Assembly (NCBI GenBank): GCA_038231275.1
Contig: JBBRLQ010000008.1
Span: 1 to 64,000 of the forward strand
Direction: 5' to 3'
From: Polyangiales bacterium
GTDB taxonomy: Bacteria > Myxococcota_A > Polyangia > Polyangiales > Polyangiaceae
DNA length: 64,000 bases
Numbering within the stretch: position 1 is the first letter of the stretch; each line of letters begins with the position of its first letter. This document shows positions 20,321-29,723 of this stretch, one piece after another. The position numbers and the translations under genes were made by a program. The notes beneath the pieces are model-generated. The model searched no databases, had not been told where the DNA came from, and was given only the letters and a program-made list of their open reading frames with translations.

Positions 20321-21283
20321 TCAATCCGCGGGTTTCGTCTCGGTCGTCGCCGTCGCGGGCTCGGTCGCCGTCGTGGTCGTGGTCGCCGTCGCGGGCTCGG
20401 TCGCCGTCGCGGGCTCGGTCGCCGTCGTGGTCGTGGTCGCGGTGTCGGTCGCGGTGTCGGTCGTGGTCGCGGTGTCGGTCGTAGCGTCGGTCGCGGGTTC
20501 GGTGACCGGCTCCAGCTGCGTGGCGGCGTGCGGCGTCCGACGCTTCGCGCTGAACATGTCGACCGCCATGAGCCCGACGCCCACGCAGATCGCGATGTCC
20601 GCGACGTTGAACGTCGGCCAGTGATCGGTCACGACGTGGTCTTTGGCGTACTTCGCGACGAACTCGTTCGCGTTCTTCAGCCAGTCGGCGCGAAAGTCGA
20701 TGAAGTCGATGACGTGCCCGTACCGGATGCGATCGAACACGTTGCCGAGCGCGCCGCCGAGGACGAGCGGGAGGCCCCACTTCAGCGCGCGCTGGCGCGG
20801 CTGGAGGCGGCGGTAGAGCGTCACGATGAACGCGATCGCCGCCGCGCTCACGAGCAGGAAGAACGGACGGCGCACGTTCTCGTTCGTCCCCTGGAGAAGC
20901 CCCCACGCGCCGCCGCGGTTCTTCGCGAGGACGAACGAGAGGTGGTTCTCCCAGACGGTGACGACGCCCGGATATGCGTCGAGGCGCTTCTCCGCCCACA
21001 GCTTCGAGCCGATGTCGCTCGCCAGCGTCACGACGGAAATGACGGCGAGGAAGAGGGGCGACGGGCGGCCCGGTCCGTCCGGATCCGGGATCGACCGCGC
21101 CGCGCCGACGCAGGGGCCAAGGCGCTCCGCGTCGGGGGCGAGGCGCTCTGGCTCGGCCGGCGCAGGCGGGGCAACCGGCTCGGCAGGGACCTCCGCGGGA
21201 GGGGCCTCCTTCGGAGCGACCTCCTCGGGCGGGGTCGCGGTTTCCGTCGGAGAGGCCTCTTGGTTTTGCGTCTCGGAATCCAT
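20321..21283 (-). CDS. lspA: Signal peptidase II with N- and C-terminal low-complexity extensions
   Basis: DIGSK, NRGGAWG, GALGNVFDR, VIDFI, WPTFNVAD. Confidence 0.93.
   Translation of the reverse strand: MDSETQNQEASPTETATPPEEVAPKEAPPAEVPAEPVAPPAPAEPERLAPDAERLGPCVGAARSIPDPDGPGRPSPLFLAVISVVTLASDIGSKLWAEKRLDAYPGVVTVWENHLSFVLAKNRGGAWGLLQGTNENVRRPFFLLVSAAAIAFIVTLYRRLQPRQRALKWGLPLVLGGALGNVFDRIRYGHVIDFIDFRADWLKNANEFVAKYAKDHVVTDHWPTFNVADIAICVGVGLMAVDMFSAKRRTPHAATQLEPVTEPATDATTDTATTTDTATDTATTTTTATEPATATEPATATTTTTATEPATATTETKPAD
20340..20505. repeat. Coding Thr/Ala-rich tandem repeat (TATEPA, TDTA, TATTTT) in the lspA tail
   Basis: Repeated gtcgccgtcgcgggctcg and gtcgcggtgtcg units. Confidence 0.85.
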
Positions 21284-21329
21284 CTTTTCGCTACGAAGCC
21301 ACGCTTCTCTACCGGATACCGAGCGAGGT

Positions 21330-21367
21330 GACCAGATGTTGCCCAGACACGGAACATCTGTTTAGGT
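21330..21367 (+). promoter_or_regulatory. Promoter with LexA-box-like operator upstream of the helicase
   Basis: TTGCCC(21339-44)-N17-TTAGGT(21362-67)-N6-ATG; GAAC-ATCT-GTTT at 21352-63; inverted repeat CAGATGTT/AACATCTG. Confidence 0.45.
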
Positions 21368-21373
21368 ATCGGG

Positions 21374-23788
21374 ATGACCGCCGCGCGCACGAAAAGCCCC
21401 TGGGCCACCGAGAAGGGCATCGATCCGGTCCTGTCGCGCTGGATCGACAGCAACTACGTGCGGCCGTGCTTCACGGCGGACGAGCTGCTCGCGGGCGCGA
21501 CGGCGAACAGCGTCCCCTTCCCTTCCGGAATGGCGAAGGAGCTGGCGGGCGCCCTCGAGGCGCGCGGAATACGTGAGCTCTACACGCATCAGGCGCTGGC
21601 CTTCGAGGCGGCGCAGCGCGGGCGGAGCTTCTGCGTCGCGACCCCCACGGCGAGCGGCAAGAGCCTGTGCTTCCACCTGCCCGTCCTCCAGGCCCTCCTG
21701 GAAGACCCGGACGCGCGCGCCATCTACCTCTTCCCGACGAAGGCGCTGTCGCGCGATCAGGAGAACTCCGTGCGGCAGATGATGGCCGCGTGCGGTCGCC
21801 CGCTCGGCGGCGCTGTTGTCTACGACGGCGACACACCCGGCGACGCGCGACGCGCCGCGCGCGAGAAGAGCGGCATCGTCCTGACGAACCCGGACATGCT
21901 CCACACCGGCATCCTCCCGCACCACACGAGCTGGGCGCGCACGATGCAGCACCTCCGCTACGTCGTCGTCGACGAGATGCACATGTACAAGGGCGTCTTC
22001 GGCTCGCACGTCGCCAACGTGCTGCGGAGGCTCCAGCGCATCGCGCGCTTCCACGGCTCGGATCCGATCTTCATCGGCGCCACCGCGACGATCGGCAACC
22101 CGCGCGAGCACGCCGCGCGCCTCTTCGGCATGAAGGAGAGCGAGGTCGATCTCGTGAACGAGAGCGGCGCGCCCCGCGGAGAGCGCCGCTTCTTCTTGTT
22201 CAACCCGCCCGTCGTCAACGCCGAGCTCGGCATCCGCGCGAGCTACGTGAAGCAGTCGGTCATGCTCGCCGCCGATCTGGTGCGCGCGCAGGTGCCGACG
22301 ATCATCTTCGGCCACTCGCGCAACAACGTGGAGATGATGCTCCGCTACCTGCGCGAGAAGGTCGCCAAGGACGTCGACCCCTCGCGCATCATGGGCTACC
22401 GCGGCGGCTACTTGCCCGAGACGCGGCGCGACATCGAGCGGCGCCTGCGCGCGGGCGAGATTCTGTGCGTCATCGCGACCAACGCGCTCGAGCTCGGCAT
22501 CGACATCGGCGAGCTCGACGCGGTCATCTGCGCCGGCTACCCGGGCAGCGTCGCGGGCACGTGGCAGCGCTTCGGACGCGCGGGGCGTCGCGGGCACACG
22601 AGCATCTGTGTCCTCGTCACCTCGAGCGCGCCGCTCGACCAGTACCTCGCGCGCGAGCCCAAGTACCTCCTCGGCGCGCCGGTGGAAGAGGCGCGCATCG
22701 ATCCCGAGAACGCCGAGATCCTCATCCAGCACCTGAAATGCGCGGCGTTCGAGCTGCCGTTCAAGCGCGGCGAGACGTTCGGCGTGCTGCCCGCCGAGGA
22801 CACCGCCGACGCGCTCGGTTTCCTCGCGCACCACAAAGTGCTTCACGAGGCGGGCGGCACGTTCCACTGGGCGGCCGACGCCTACCCCGCCAACAACGTG
22901 TCGCTCCGCAGCGTCGGATGGGACAACGTCGTCATCGTCGACGTGTCGGCCGAGGACAGGACGCTGGCCTACGCGGCGGGCGCCCACAAGGTCCTCGCCG
23001 AGATCGACTGGCGCGGCGCGCACACGATGGTGCACGAGCAAGCCATCTACCAGCACGACGGCGAGTGCTTCCAGGTCGAGAAGTTCGACCACGAGAACCA
23101 CAAGGCGTTCGTCCGCAAGGTCGCGCCCGACTACTACACCGACGCGATGACCTACACGCAGATCGCAGTGCTGGAAGAGACCGCGACGGGTCCCGCGATC
23201 GCGGCGCGCGACTGGTCGTCCGGTTGGGGTGAGGTGTCGCTCGTCGAGAAGGTCGTCGGCTACAAGAAGATCAAGTTCCACACGCACGAGAACGCCGGCT
23301 ACGGGGACGTGCACCTGCCGGAGATGCAGATGCACACGCTCGCGTTCTGGCTCACGGTCCCGGAGCGGACGTGCGCGCAGATCCCGGCGGGGCGCGCGGC
23401 AGCGATCGACGCGTTGCGCGGCATCGGGGTGGCGCTCGAGACGGTGTCCACGCTGGCGCTCATGTGCGATCCGCGGGATATCGGCACCACGCTCGGCGAC
23501 GCCGACGTCGACGAGGACGGCGCGCCGCTCCCGGGCGCCCCCAAGAAGATGCGCGGCGGGCCCAAGCCCGGGTACTCCCCCACCCTCTTCCTCTACGAGC
23601 ACGTGCCCGGCGGCACCGGCCTCTCCGAGCGCATCTACGAGCAGCGCGACGTCCTCCTCGCGCGCGCGCTTCGCCTCATCGAGACGTGCCGGTGCAACGG
23701 CGGCTGCCCTGCGTGCGTGGGCCCGGCCGATCACCATCGCAAGACCGTCGCGCTGGAGCTATTGCGCGGCCTCGTACCGACTGCGTGA
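21374..23788 (+). CDS. DEAD/DEAH-box helicase with C-terminal DUF1998 Zn domain (MrfA/SftH/Hrq1-like)
   Basis: YTHQ, TPTASGKS, FPTKALSRDQ, TNPDMLH, DEMH, ATIGNP, ELGIDIG, QRFGRAGRR, CRCNGGCPAC. Confidence 0.92.
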   Translation: MTAARTKSPWATEKGIDPVLSRWIDSNYVRPCFTADELLAGATANSVPFPSGMAKELAGALEARGIRELYTHQALAFEAAQRGRSFCVATPTASGKSLCFHLPVLQALLEDPDARAIYLFPTKALSRDQENSVRQMMAACGRPLGGAVVYDGDTPGDARRAAREKSGIVLTNPDMLHTGILPHHTSWARTMQHLRYVVVDEMHMYKGVFGSHVANVLRRLQRIARFHGSDPIFIGATATIGNPREHAARLFGMKESEVDLVNESGAPRGERRFFLFNPPVVNAELGIRASYVKQSVMLAADLVRAQVPTIIFGHSRNNVEMMLRYLREKVAKDVDPSRIMGYRGGYLPETRRDIERRLRAGEILCVIATNALELGIDIGELDAVICAGYPGSVAGTWQRFGRAGRRGHTSICVLVTSSAPLDQYLAREPKYLLGAPVEEARIDPENAEILIQHLKCAAFELPFKRGETFGVLPAEDTADALGFLAHHKVLHEAGGTFHWAADAYPANNVSLRSVGWDNVVIVDVSAEDRTLAYAAGAHKVLAEIDWRGAHTMVHEQAIYQHDGECFQVEKFDHENHKAFVRKVAPDYYTDAMTYTQIAVLEETATGPAIAARDWSSGWGEVSLVEKVVGYKKIKFHTHENAGYGDVHLPEMQMHTLAFWLTVPERTCAQIPAGRAAAIDALRGIGVALETVSTLALMCDPRDIGTTLGDADVDEDGAPLPGAPKKMRGGPKPGYSPTLFLYEHVPGGTGLSERIYEQRDVLLARALRLIETCRCNGGCPACVGPADHHRKTVALELLRGLVPTA

Positions 23789-23844
23789 GCTACCTGGAGC
23801 GGACGCACGTTGCGCCAGGCGCGGCGGCTCCGTACGCTTCTCCG

Positions 23845-25923
23845 ATGCGCCGTTGGCTCGCCGCGATCGCTCCACTCGGCGCGGCATTCGTGATCGGCGC
23901 GATCGGTGCGTGCTTGCCGGGCTCCGGTCCGTCGTACTTGGATCGTCCCGACGCGGGACCGCCAGGAGGTCCGTCGCTAGGAGACGACGCGGGCGCGTCG
24001 AAGCAGGACGTCGATCTCGGCGATCCGTTCGGCATCGATGGGCTCGTTCCTTCGCACGGACCGTGGACGGGAGGTACCCGCACGCAGATCTCGGGGCGCG
24101 GGTTCTCGTCGAAGCTGCGCGTGTGGATCGGTGCGAGCGAGCTCGATCCGTCCGCCATTTTTGCGAGCGATCCGGCGCGCGCGGCGATCCAGACGCCGCC
24201 GGGAGCGCCTGGGCCGGTCGACGTGAGGGTGCGGGACGATCTCTCGGCGCAGGAGCGGACGCTACGCGGCGGGTTCACCTACGACGCGTTCGTCGTGGTC
24301 CCTGACGCCGGAGGGACCACCGGCGGAACGCGCGTCGCGCTCGAGGGGCGAGGCACGTCGTGGGCGGACGGCGTCACGGTCGCCATCGGCGGCGCGCCCT
24401 GCGGCAGCGTCACCGTGATCGACGCGACGCATCTGCAGTGCACGACGCCGGCCGGGGCCCCTGGCACGCGCGACGTCACCGTCACCAGCGCGAGCGGGGC
24501 GATCCTCCAGGCGCGCGACGCGTTCACCTACAGCGACTCTCCCGACGGCTACCGCGGCGGCCTCGCGGGCGGCGCGCTCTCCGGGACCCTGCATGTCCTC
24601 GCGTACGATGCGTGGGTGGGCACGCCGCTCGTTCAGGCGCGCGTCATCGCAGGCGACGTCCTCGCGACCGCCGTGCGCGGCATGACGAACGACGCCGGCG
24701 TCGCGCTCCTCTCCGATCCCTCGCTCCAGGGGAAGGTGACCGTCACGGTCGCGGCAAAGTGCCACTCGCCGATCACGTTCGTGGACGTGCCGGTCGACAC
24801 AGTGACCGTCTACATGGACCCCGTGCTCGATCCGTCGTGCGGCACGGGCGATCCGCCGAGCACCGGCGGGCGCGGGGGCATCAACGGCGGCGAGATTGAC
24901 GGCGAGCTCGTGTGGCCAGGCGGCATCGAGCTCGGACGCGCGTCGTGGACGAACGTGCCGGCGCTCACGCGCCCGACGGAGCGGCAAGCTGCATACGTCA
25001 TCGGGAGCGCAGGTTCGCCGCTCCAAACCTGGAGCTTGCCGTTCGCGGGGTCGGCGGTGACCCCCGCGTCGGCGGGCGCGCATGGATACGCCTACTCGAT
25101 CGCGGCCTACCCAGGAAATCAGACGCTCTACGCGCTCGCCGGCATCGAGGATCGCAGCGTGACGCCGCCGCGCTTCGTGCCCTACGCGATGGGCGTCGTG
25201 CGCGGCGTGAACGTCCAGCCCCAGGCGAAGACCGTCGGCGCCGACATCCGCATGGAGACGCTCCTCGATCACCGCCTGCTTTTGTCGGCCAGTCCGCCTC
25301 CGCCTGGTCTGCGCGGGCCCGACAGGCTCGCGATGCAGGTCGCCGTGAGCCTCGGCGCGCAAGGCTTCGCGATTTTCCCGGGCGGCGCGCAGCAGGCGAT
25401 GTTGCCGGTCACCGGCGCGCTTGGATTTTACGGGGTTCCGTCGCTGGACGGCGCGCTCGCGGGAGAGTCGTACGTCGTCGGCGCGAGCGCGGTGACGGGT
25501 CCGACGTTGGGAGGGCCCGCGTCGGTCGTCTCGCGCGTGCGTACGACGGACGCGACGAACCCCGTGGCGGTCGGCGGGTTCTTGTCCGTTCCGGTCCTCA
25601 CGGCGCCGTCCTCGAGCACGTGGCCCGGTACACACGTCGACTTTGCGGCGCCTGGCGCGTGGGACCTCGCGATCTTGGACATCACGTCGGGAAACGGGCT
25701 CGTCTCGTGGCGCATCGTTGCGCCGGCGGGCCGCACGTCGTTCGCCGTGCCCGATCTGCGCGGCGTCGCCGGCGAGTTTCTCTCGCTCCAGCCGGGTAGC
25801 CTCGACATGATCCTCTACACCGCGCGGCTCACGAATTTCTCGTACGGGGCGCTGCGCTACGGCCACCTCGGCAGCGGCGCGTGGAGCGCCTACGCGTTCG
25901 ACTTCGCCCATGGCACGTACTGA
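23845..25923 (+). CDS. IPT/TIG-domain lipoprotein
   Basis: Lipobox IGAC; two IPT repeats (P..G...GGT...I.G.GF ... TP.G.PG..DV ... FTY). TTGCGC-N17-TACGCT-N6-ATG supports start 23845. Confidence 0.8.
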   Translation: MRRWLAAIAPLGAAFVIGAIGACLPGSGPSYLDRPDAGPPGGPSLGDDAGASKQDVDLGDPFGIDGLVPSHGPWTGGTRTQISGRGFSSKLRVWIGASELDPSAIFASDPARAAIQTPPGAPGPVDVRVRDDLSAQERTLRGGFTYDAFVVVPDAGGTTGGTRVALEGRGTSWADGVTVAIGGAPCGSVTVIDATHLQCTTPAGAPGTRDVTVTSASGAILQARDAFTYSDSPDGYRGGLAGGALSGTLHVLAYDAWVGTPLVQARVIAGDVLATAVRGMTNDAGVALLSDPSLQGKVTVTVAAKCHSPITFVDVPVDTVTVYMDPVLDPSCGTGDPPSTGGRGGINGGEIDGELVWPGGIELGRASWTNVPALTRPTERQAAYVIGSAGSPLQTWSLPFAGSAVTPASAGAHGYAYSIAAYPGNQTLYALAGIEDRSVTPPRFVPYAMGVVRGVNVQPQAKTVGADIRMETLLDHRLLLSASPPPPGLRGPDRLAMQVAVSLGAQGFAIFPGGAQQAMLPVTGALGFYGVPSLDGALAGESYVVGASAVTGPTLGGPASVVSRVRTTDATNPVAVGGFLSVPVLTAPSSSTWPGTHVDFAAPGAWDLAILDITSGNGLVSWRIVAPAGRTSFAVPDLRGVAGEFLSLQPGSLDMILYTARLTNFSYGALRYGHLGSGAWSAYAFDFAHGTY

Positions 25924-27850
25924 GGGTCGCGTCGCGCGCGTCGCGTTGCTCGTGGTCGTGGTCGTCGCGGCGTGCCGCTTCGATCCCGCGTACCGCGATA
26001 CGCCGCTCGCCATCACGACGACGTGCACCGCCGGCGCCGCGTTCTGCACGGGGTCGACGCTCGTCAGATGCAACGACGACGGCCTCACGACGACGCCCCT
26101 GGAAGATTGCGCCGCCGAGAAGAAGGTCTGCGCGCCCACGCTCTTCGCGTGCACGCCGTGCCTGCCCGGAGCCCGCACCTGCAACGGCGCCGACGTCATC
26201 GCGTGCGACGCCTCCGGCAGCACGACCGCCACGGCGCAGACCTGCGACGCCGACCTCGGCATCGCGTGCGTCGCCGGTGGTTGCGTGGATCTCTGCAAAA
26301 AAGCAGACGAGGAGCGCTCCAACGTCGGATGCGAATATTGGGCGGCCGATCTCGACAACGCCGTCGTGTCGCCGTCCCTCAACGCGGCGGCGCAGCAGTT
26401 CGCGGTGGTCGTGTCCAACGTGGAAGCGCAAATCCCGGCCAAGATCGTCGTGGACGAGGACGACGCGTTGCCCGGTCAGCCCGCCGCCTTGCGGATCGTC
26501 GGGACCGCGACGGTCGCGCCGCGCAACCTCGAGGTCTTCAAGCTGGGCCCGCGCGAGGTCGACGGCTCCGCCGACGGGACGTTCGACACCGGCACCGGCA
26601 CCGCCCTCTCGCGGCATGCGTTCCGCGTACGGTCGAACGTGCCCATCGTGGCCTACCAATTCAACCCGCTCGAGAACGTCAACGTCTTCTCGAACGACGC
26701 GTCGCAGCTCTTGCCGGTCGCGGCGCTCGTCGGCGGCGTGGGCGGTCGCTCGTACGTGATCGCGGGGTGGCCGCAGACGATTGCGACCAGCGCGGTGCCG
26801 AGCCAGAACTTCGGGGAGAACCTGCGCGCGTTCCTCGCCATCGTCGCCGTGCGGCCCGACACGCACGTTCACGTCAAGTCCACCGCGCGCGTCATCCCCG
26901 GTCCTCCCCTGCCGACCGGCCTCGCCCTCGGCGGCGACGCGGACTTCGTCCTCCAACCCTTCGAAGTGCTGAACCTGGAGACCGGCGACTTCAACGCCGA
27001 CTTCACGGGCTCGCTCCTCGACGCCGATCAGCCGATCGTGGTCTTCCCCGGGAGCGAGGCGAGCGACGCGCCGATCTTCTCCGATCTCGCCAACCGCGCG
27101 TGCTGCGCCGATCACCTCGAGGAGCAGGCGATCCCGCTCCGCGCGGTCGGCAAATCGTACGCGCTCGCGCGCATGCCGAACCGCACGCGCGCGGTCATCG
27201 CGGCGGGCGGGAGGATTGGCACGGCCGACGAGCCGGAGTTCTACCGCGTCGTCGCGTCGCGACCCGGCGGCACGCACGTCACGACCAGCCTCGACGCGCC
27301 GTGGGCGGCGTTCGACCTCGCGAACGAGGGGGACAGCCTCACGATCGTCGCGCACGCCGACTTCGTTCTCACCGCGTCGCAGCCGGTCATCGTCGCCGAC
27401 ACGCAGGCGAGCCAGGAGGCCGCTGGCGTCCCCCGCGGTCTGCCGGGCGGCGATCCGAGCCTCACCTTCGTTCCACCCGTCGAGCAGTGGCGGAGCGACT
27501 ACGTGCTGCTCACGCCCGACAAGTACTCGTTCGATTTTTTGACCATCGCGGCGCCGGCGGGGGCCCAGGTCTTCGTGGACCGCCAGCCGGTCGACGCCAC
27601 GACGTGCGAGGCCGCGCCGTTCCCCGCCGCGGCAGCAGGCAAGTCCGCGTACGTCGCGTACCGGTGCCAGCTCTCGTTTCCTGTGATCGATCCGCAAGCG
27701 ACGGCGACGCCGAAGCCGGGAAAGCAGAACGACGGCGTGCACCATGTACAGGCGGATCTGCCTGTGAGCGTCATCGCGTACGGCTTCGACTCGTTCGTCA
27801 GCTACGCGTACGCCGCCGGCACGCAGCTCAAGGAGCTGAGCGTGAAATGA
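25910..27850 (+). CDS. IgGFc-binding-protein N-terminal-domain lipoprotein with Cys-rich repeats
   Basis: Lipobox VAAC; SNVGCEYWAADLDN, VAYQFNPL, SNDASQLLP, DHLEEQ, GDPSL, YGFDSFVSYAY. Confidence 0.8.
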   Translation: MARTEGRVARVALLVVVVVAACRFDPAYRDTPLAITTTCTAGAAFCTGSTLVRCNDDGLTTTPLEDCAAEKKVCAPTLFACTPCLPGARTCNGADVIACDASGSTTATAQTCDADLGIACVAGGCVDLCKKADEERSNVGCEYWAADLDNAVVSPSLNAAAQQFAVVVSNVEAQIPAKIVVDEDDALPGQPAALRIVGTATVAPRNLEVFKLGPREVDGSADGTFDTGTGTALSRHAFRVRSNVPIVAYQFNPLENVNVFSNDASQLLPVAALVGGVGGRSYVIAGWPQTIATSAVPSQNFGENLRAFLAIVAVRPDTHVHVKSTARVIPGPPLPTGLALGGDADFVLQPFEVLNLETGDFNADFTGSLLDADQPIVVFPGSEASDAPIFSDLANRACCADHLEEQAIPLRAVGKSYALARMPNRTRAVIAAGGRIGTADEPEFYRVVASRPGGTHVTTSLDAPWAAFDLANEGDSLTIVAHADFVLTASQPVIVADTQASQEAAGVPRGLPGGDPSLTFVPPVEQWRSDYVLLTPDKYSFDFLTIAAPAGAQVFVDRQPVDATTCEAAPFPAAAAGKSAYVAYRCQLSFPVIDPQATATPKPGKQNDGVHHVQADLPVSVIAYGFDSFVSYAYAAGTQLKELSVK

Positions 27851-29723
27851 GCGCCGGGTAGGCCAGCGCTCCGATCGGCCAGTCCGCGAGGAGCGGGACG
27901 CGCGCCTTCGGTCCCGCTTGCCTCACCACGCGCGCGCACTCGTCGAGCGTGAGTCGGCGCGGTCCGAACGGCGAGGCGTCCGACGCGTCGGAGTCCATGA
28001 GCAGCGTCGGGGTGTCGAGGCCGTAGTCGTCCGGGTGGCCCGGCATGTCGAGGAGGACGTGTCCGAGCTCGTGCGCGAGGGTCAGGCTGCTGCGGCGCGC
28101 CCGAACGCCCGCGCGGTCGAGGAGCACGGCGTTGCGGAGGCTCGACAGATCGCTTGCGATGAAGCTCTCGCCGATGCGGCCGCCTCCGGTAAACGACGGG
28201 ACGATGATGACCTCGACGGTCTGCGGATCGCCGTCGTCGATGGACTTGAGGAGCGTGCGCTCCTCGAGGGTGCCCGCCACCGAGTCCATGTCGCCGAAGT
28301 GCTGGAGGCCGTCCGACAGATCGACCGAGCCGATCCGGACGGCGAGCGTCGCGTCGGTGGTGAGGCGCGCGCCGAGAGAGAGCGGCTCGAGCGCGACGAG
28401 GCGCCCATCCTTTCGACGGCTGACGAGAAGATCGACGCTGCCGCCCGCGCCCGGCGCAATCCGCGCGTTGGGGGAGATCGTCGCGGTGAGGCCGACCTTC
28501 TCGAGCGCACGCGAGAGCTCCGACGCGACGCGATCGGGCAGCGCACCGCGCGCCATCGAGATGGTGACGGGGTGACCGTCGGCGCGCAGGCTCAGCTCGC
28601 CGCCGGTCGCAGCCAAACCGGCGTCGTCACCGATGGCGAGCAGGTACGGCGGCGGCGGGTTCACGATGTGCACGTCGATTTGCGACGTCGGGCCGAACGT
28701 CACGCCGCACTGGCCCCAGATCGACGACGCGAGCGCGAGCTCCGCGCGGAGCGCCGTGACTGCGCCCGCGTCGTTGCTCCCGATCGCCGGAGTCCCCCCA
28801 GGGGTCACGCGGAGCACGAACGGACGGATCGTCGCGCGCAGGCGGCGGATCGGGCCGGCAGCAGTATCGCGCGGGCCCAGCACGCGGATCGCCTGGAGCT
28901 TCTTACCGGCTTCGCGAACGACGATCGCGCCGCCGACCTCTGCGCGGAGCGAACGGCCCGAGACGAGCGGGTGCGTGCGATCCACGTCGTCCATCACGAA
29001 GCGAAGCGGCGCCGACGCGAAGCAGCGGACGTCGCCGCGATCCTTCGCGCAGTGTGCCGGCGCGAGCGCTACCTGGGCGAGGACGTCGATCGAGCCTCCG
29101 CTCGCGGAGACCGACTCGACGGCGAGGCGCGGCGCGGCGGCGGCACGACCCTCGGGGACCTCGACCCACAGCCGGAGCGCGTCGGGATCGTCGTACGCGG
29201 CGTCCGGAGCCCCCTCGATCCGCGCGGGCGGCGTCCGCTCGATCGACGCGTGATCCTTCGCGGTGTCCACGCGCCGCTGCTTCCCATCGACGAAGCCGAT
29301 CGTTCGCACCTCGACGGCGATGGGGTGATGGGCGGCGCCGCGCGCGGCGACCAATTGAACCGCGCCGGCGGTCAGCCCCTGGAGGAGCGCGCCCTTCGGG
29401 GCCGGTCGATCCCACGGCACGACGCGGCCGTTGGGGGCGAGCATGCGCGCGTGCTCGGCGCCGCCCACGGCGTGGATCTCCCAGCCGACGAAGGCCTTGT
29501 CGAGAGGTACCGCGTCGACGCGCGCGAGCGGCGGGACCACCTCGGCCTCCGCGTCCGCCTTCCCGTCGGCGTCGTCGTCGTCGCGATCGGCGGCGAGTAC
29601 GAGCGCGGCGGCTGGAGCTGGGGCCGCGCGGACGTCGTCGTGCCGCACGAAGGTGACGGCGAGCGCGAGCGCCCCGATGACGCACGCGCGCGCGCCTCCG
29701 CGGGTTATTCGAGCCAGCCCCAC
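27828..29723 (-). CDS. Secreted putative zinc metalloprotease (HExxH)
   Basis: Hydrophobic N-terminus; acidic ADRDDDDADGKAD motif; TLAHELGHVL...GH...LLM (Met-turn-like). Start uncertain (GTG 29723). Confidence 0.65.
   Translation of the reverse strand: MGLARITRGGARACVIGALALAVTFVRHDDVRAAPAPAAALVLAADRDDDDADGKADAEAEVVPPLARVDAVPLDKAFVGWEIHAVGGAEHARMLAPNGRVVPWDRPAPKGALLQGLTAGAVQLVAARGAAHHPIAVEVRTIGFVDGKQRRVDTAKDHASIERTPPARIEGAPDAAYDDPDALRLWVEVPEGRAAAAPRLAVESVSASGGSIDVLAQVALAPAHCAKDRGDVRCFASAPLRFVMDDVDRTHPLVSGRSLRAEVGGAIVVREAGKKLQAIRVLGPRDTAAGPIRRLRATIRPFVLRVTPGGTPAIGSNDAGAVTALRAELALASSIWGQCGVTFGPTSQIDVHIVNPPPPYLLAIGDDAGLAATGGELSLRADGHPVTISMARGALPDRVASELSRALEKVGLTATISPNARIAPGAGGSVDLLVSRRKDGRLVALEPLSLGARLTTDATLAVRIGSVDLSDGLQHFGDMDSVAGTLEERTLLKSIDDGDPQTVEVIIVPSFTGGGRIGESFIASDLSSLRNAVLLDRAGVRARRSSLTLAHELGHVLLDMPGHPDDYGLDTPTLLMDSDASDASPFGPRRLTLDECARVVRQAGPKARVPLLADWPIGALAYPALISRSAP

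Noticed and set aside
20340-20505. Tandem repeats here and at 4066-4680, 17212-17313 and 50946-51098 as CRISPR arrays
   Set aside because: Short in-frame coding repeats without unique spacers; no cas genes.
21374-23788. DUF1998 helicase as part of a DISARM/Druantia-type defence system
   Set aside because: No methylase, drm or other defence genes nearby; the single fused MrfA/SftH-type architecture fits DNA repair.
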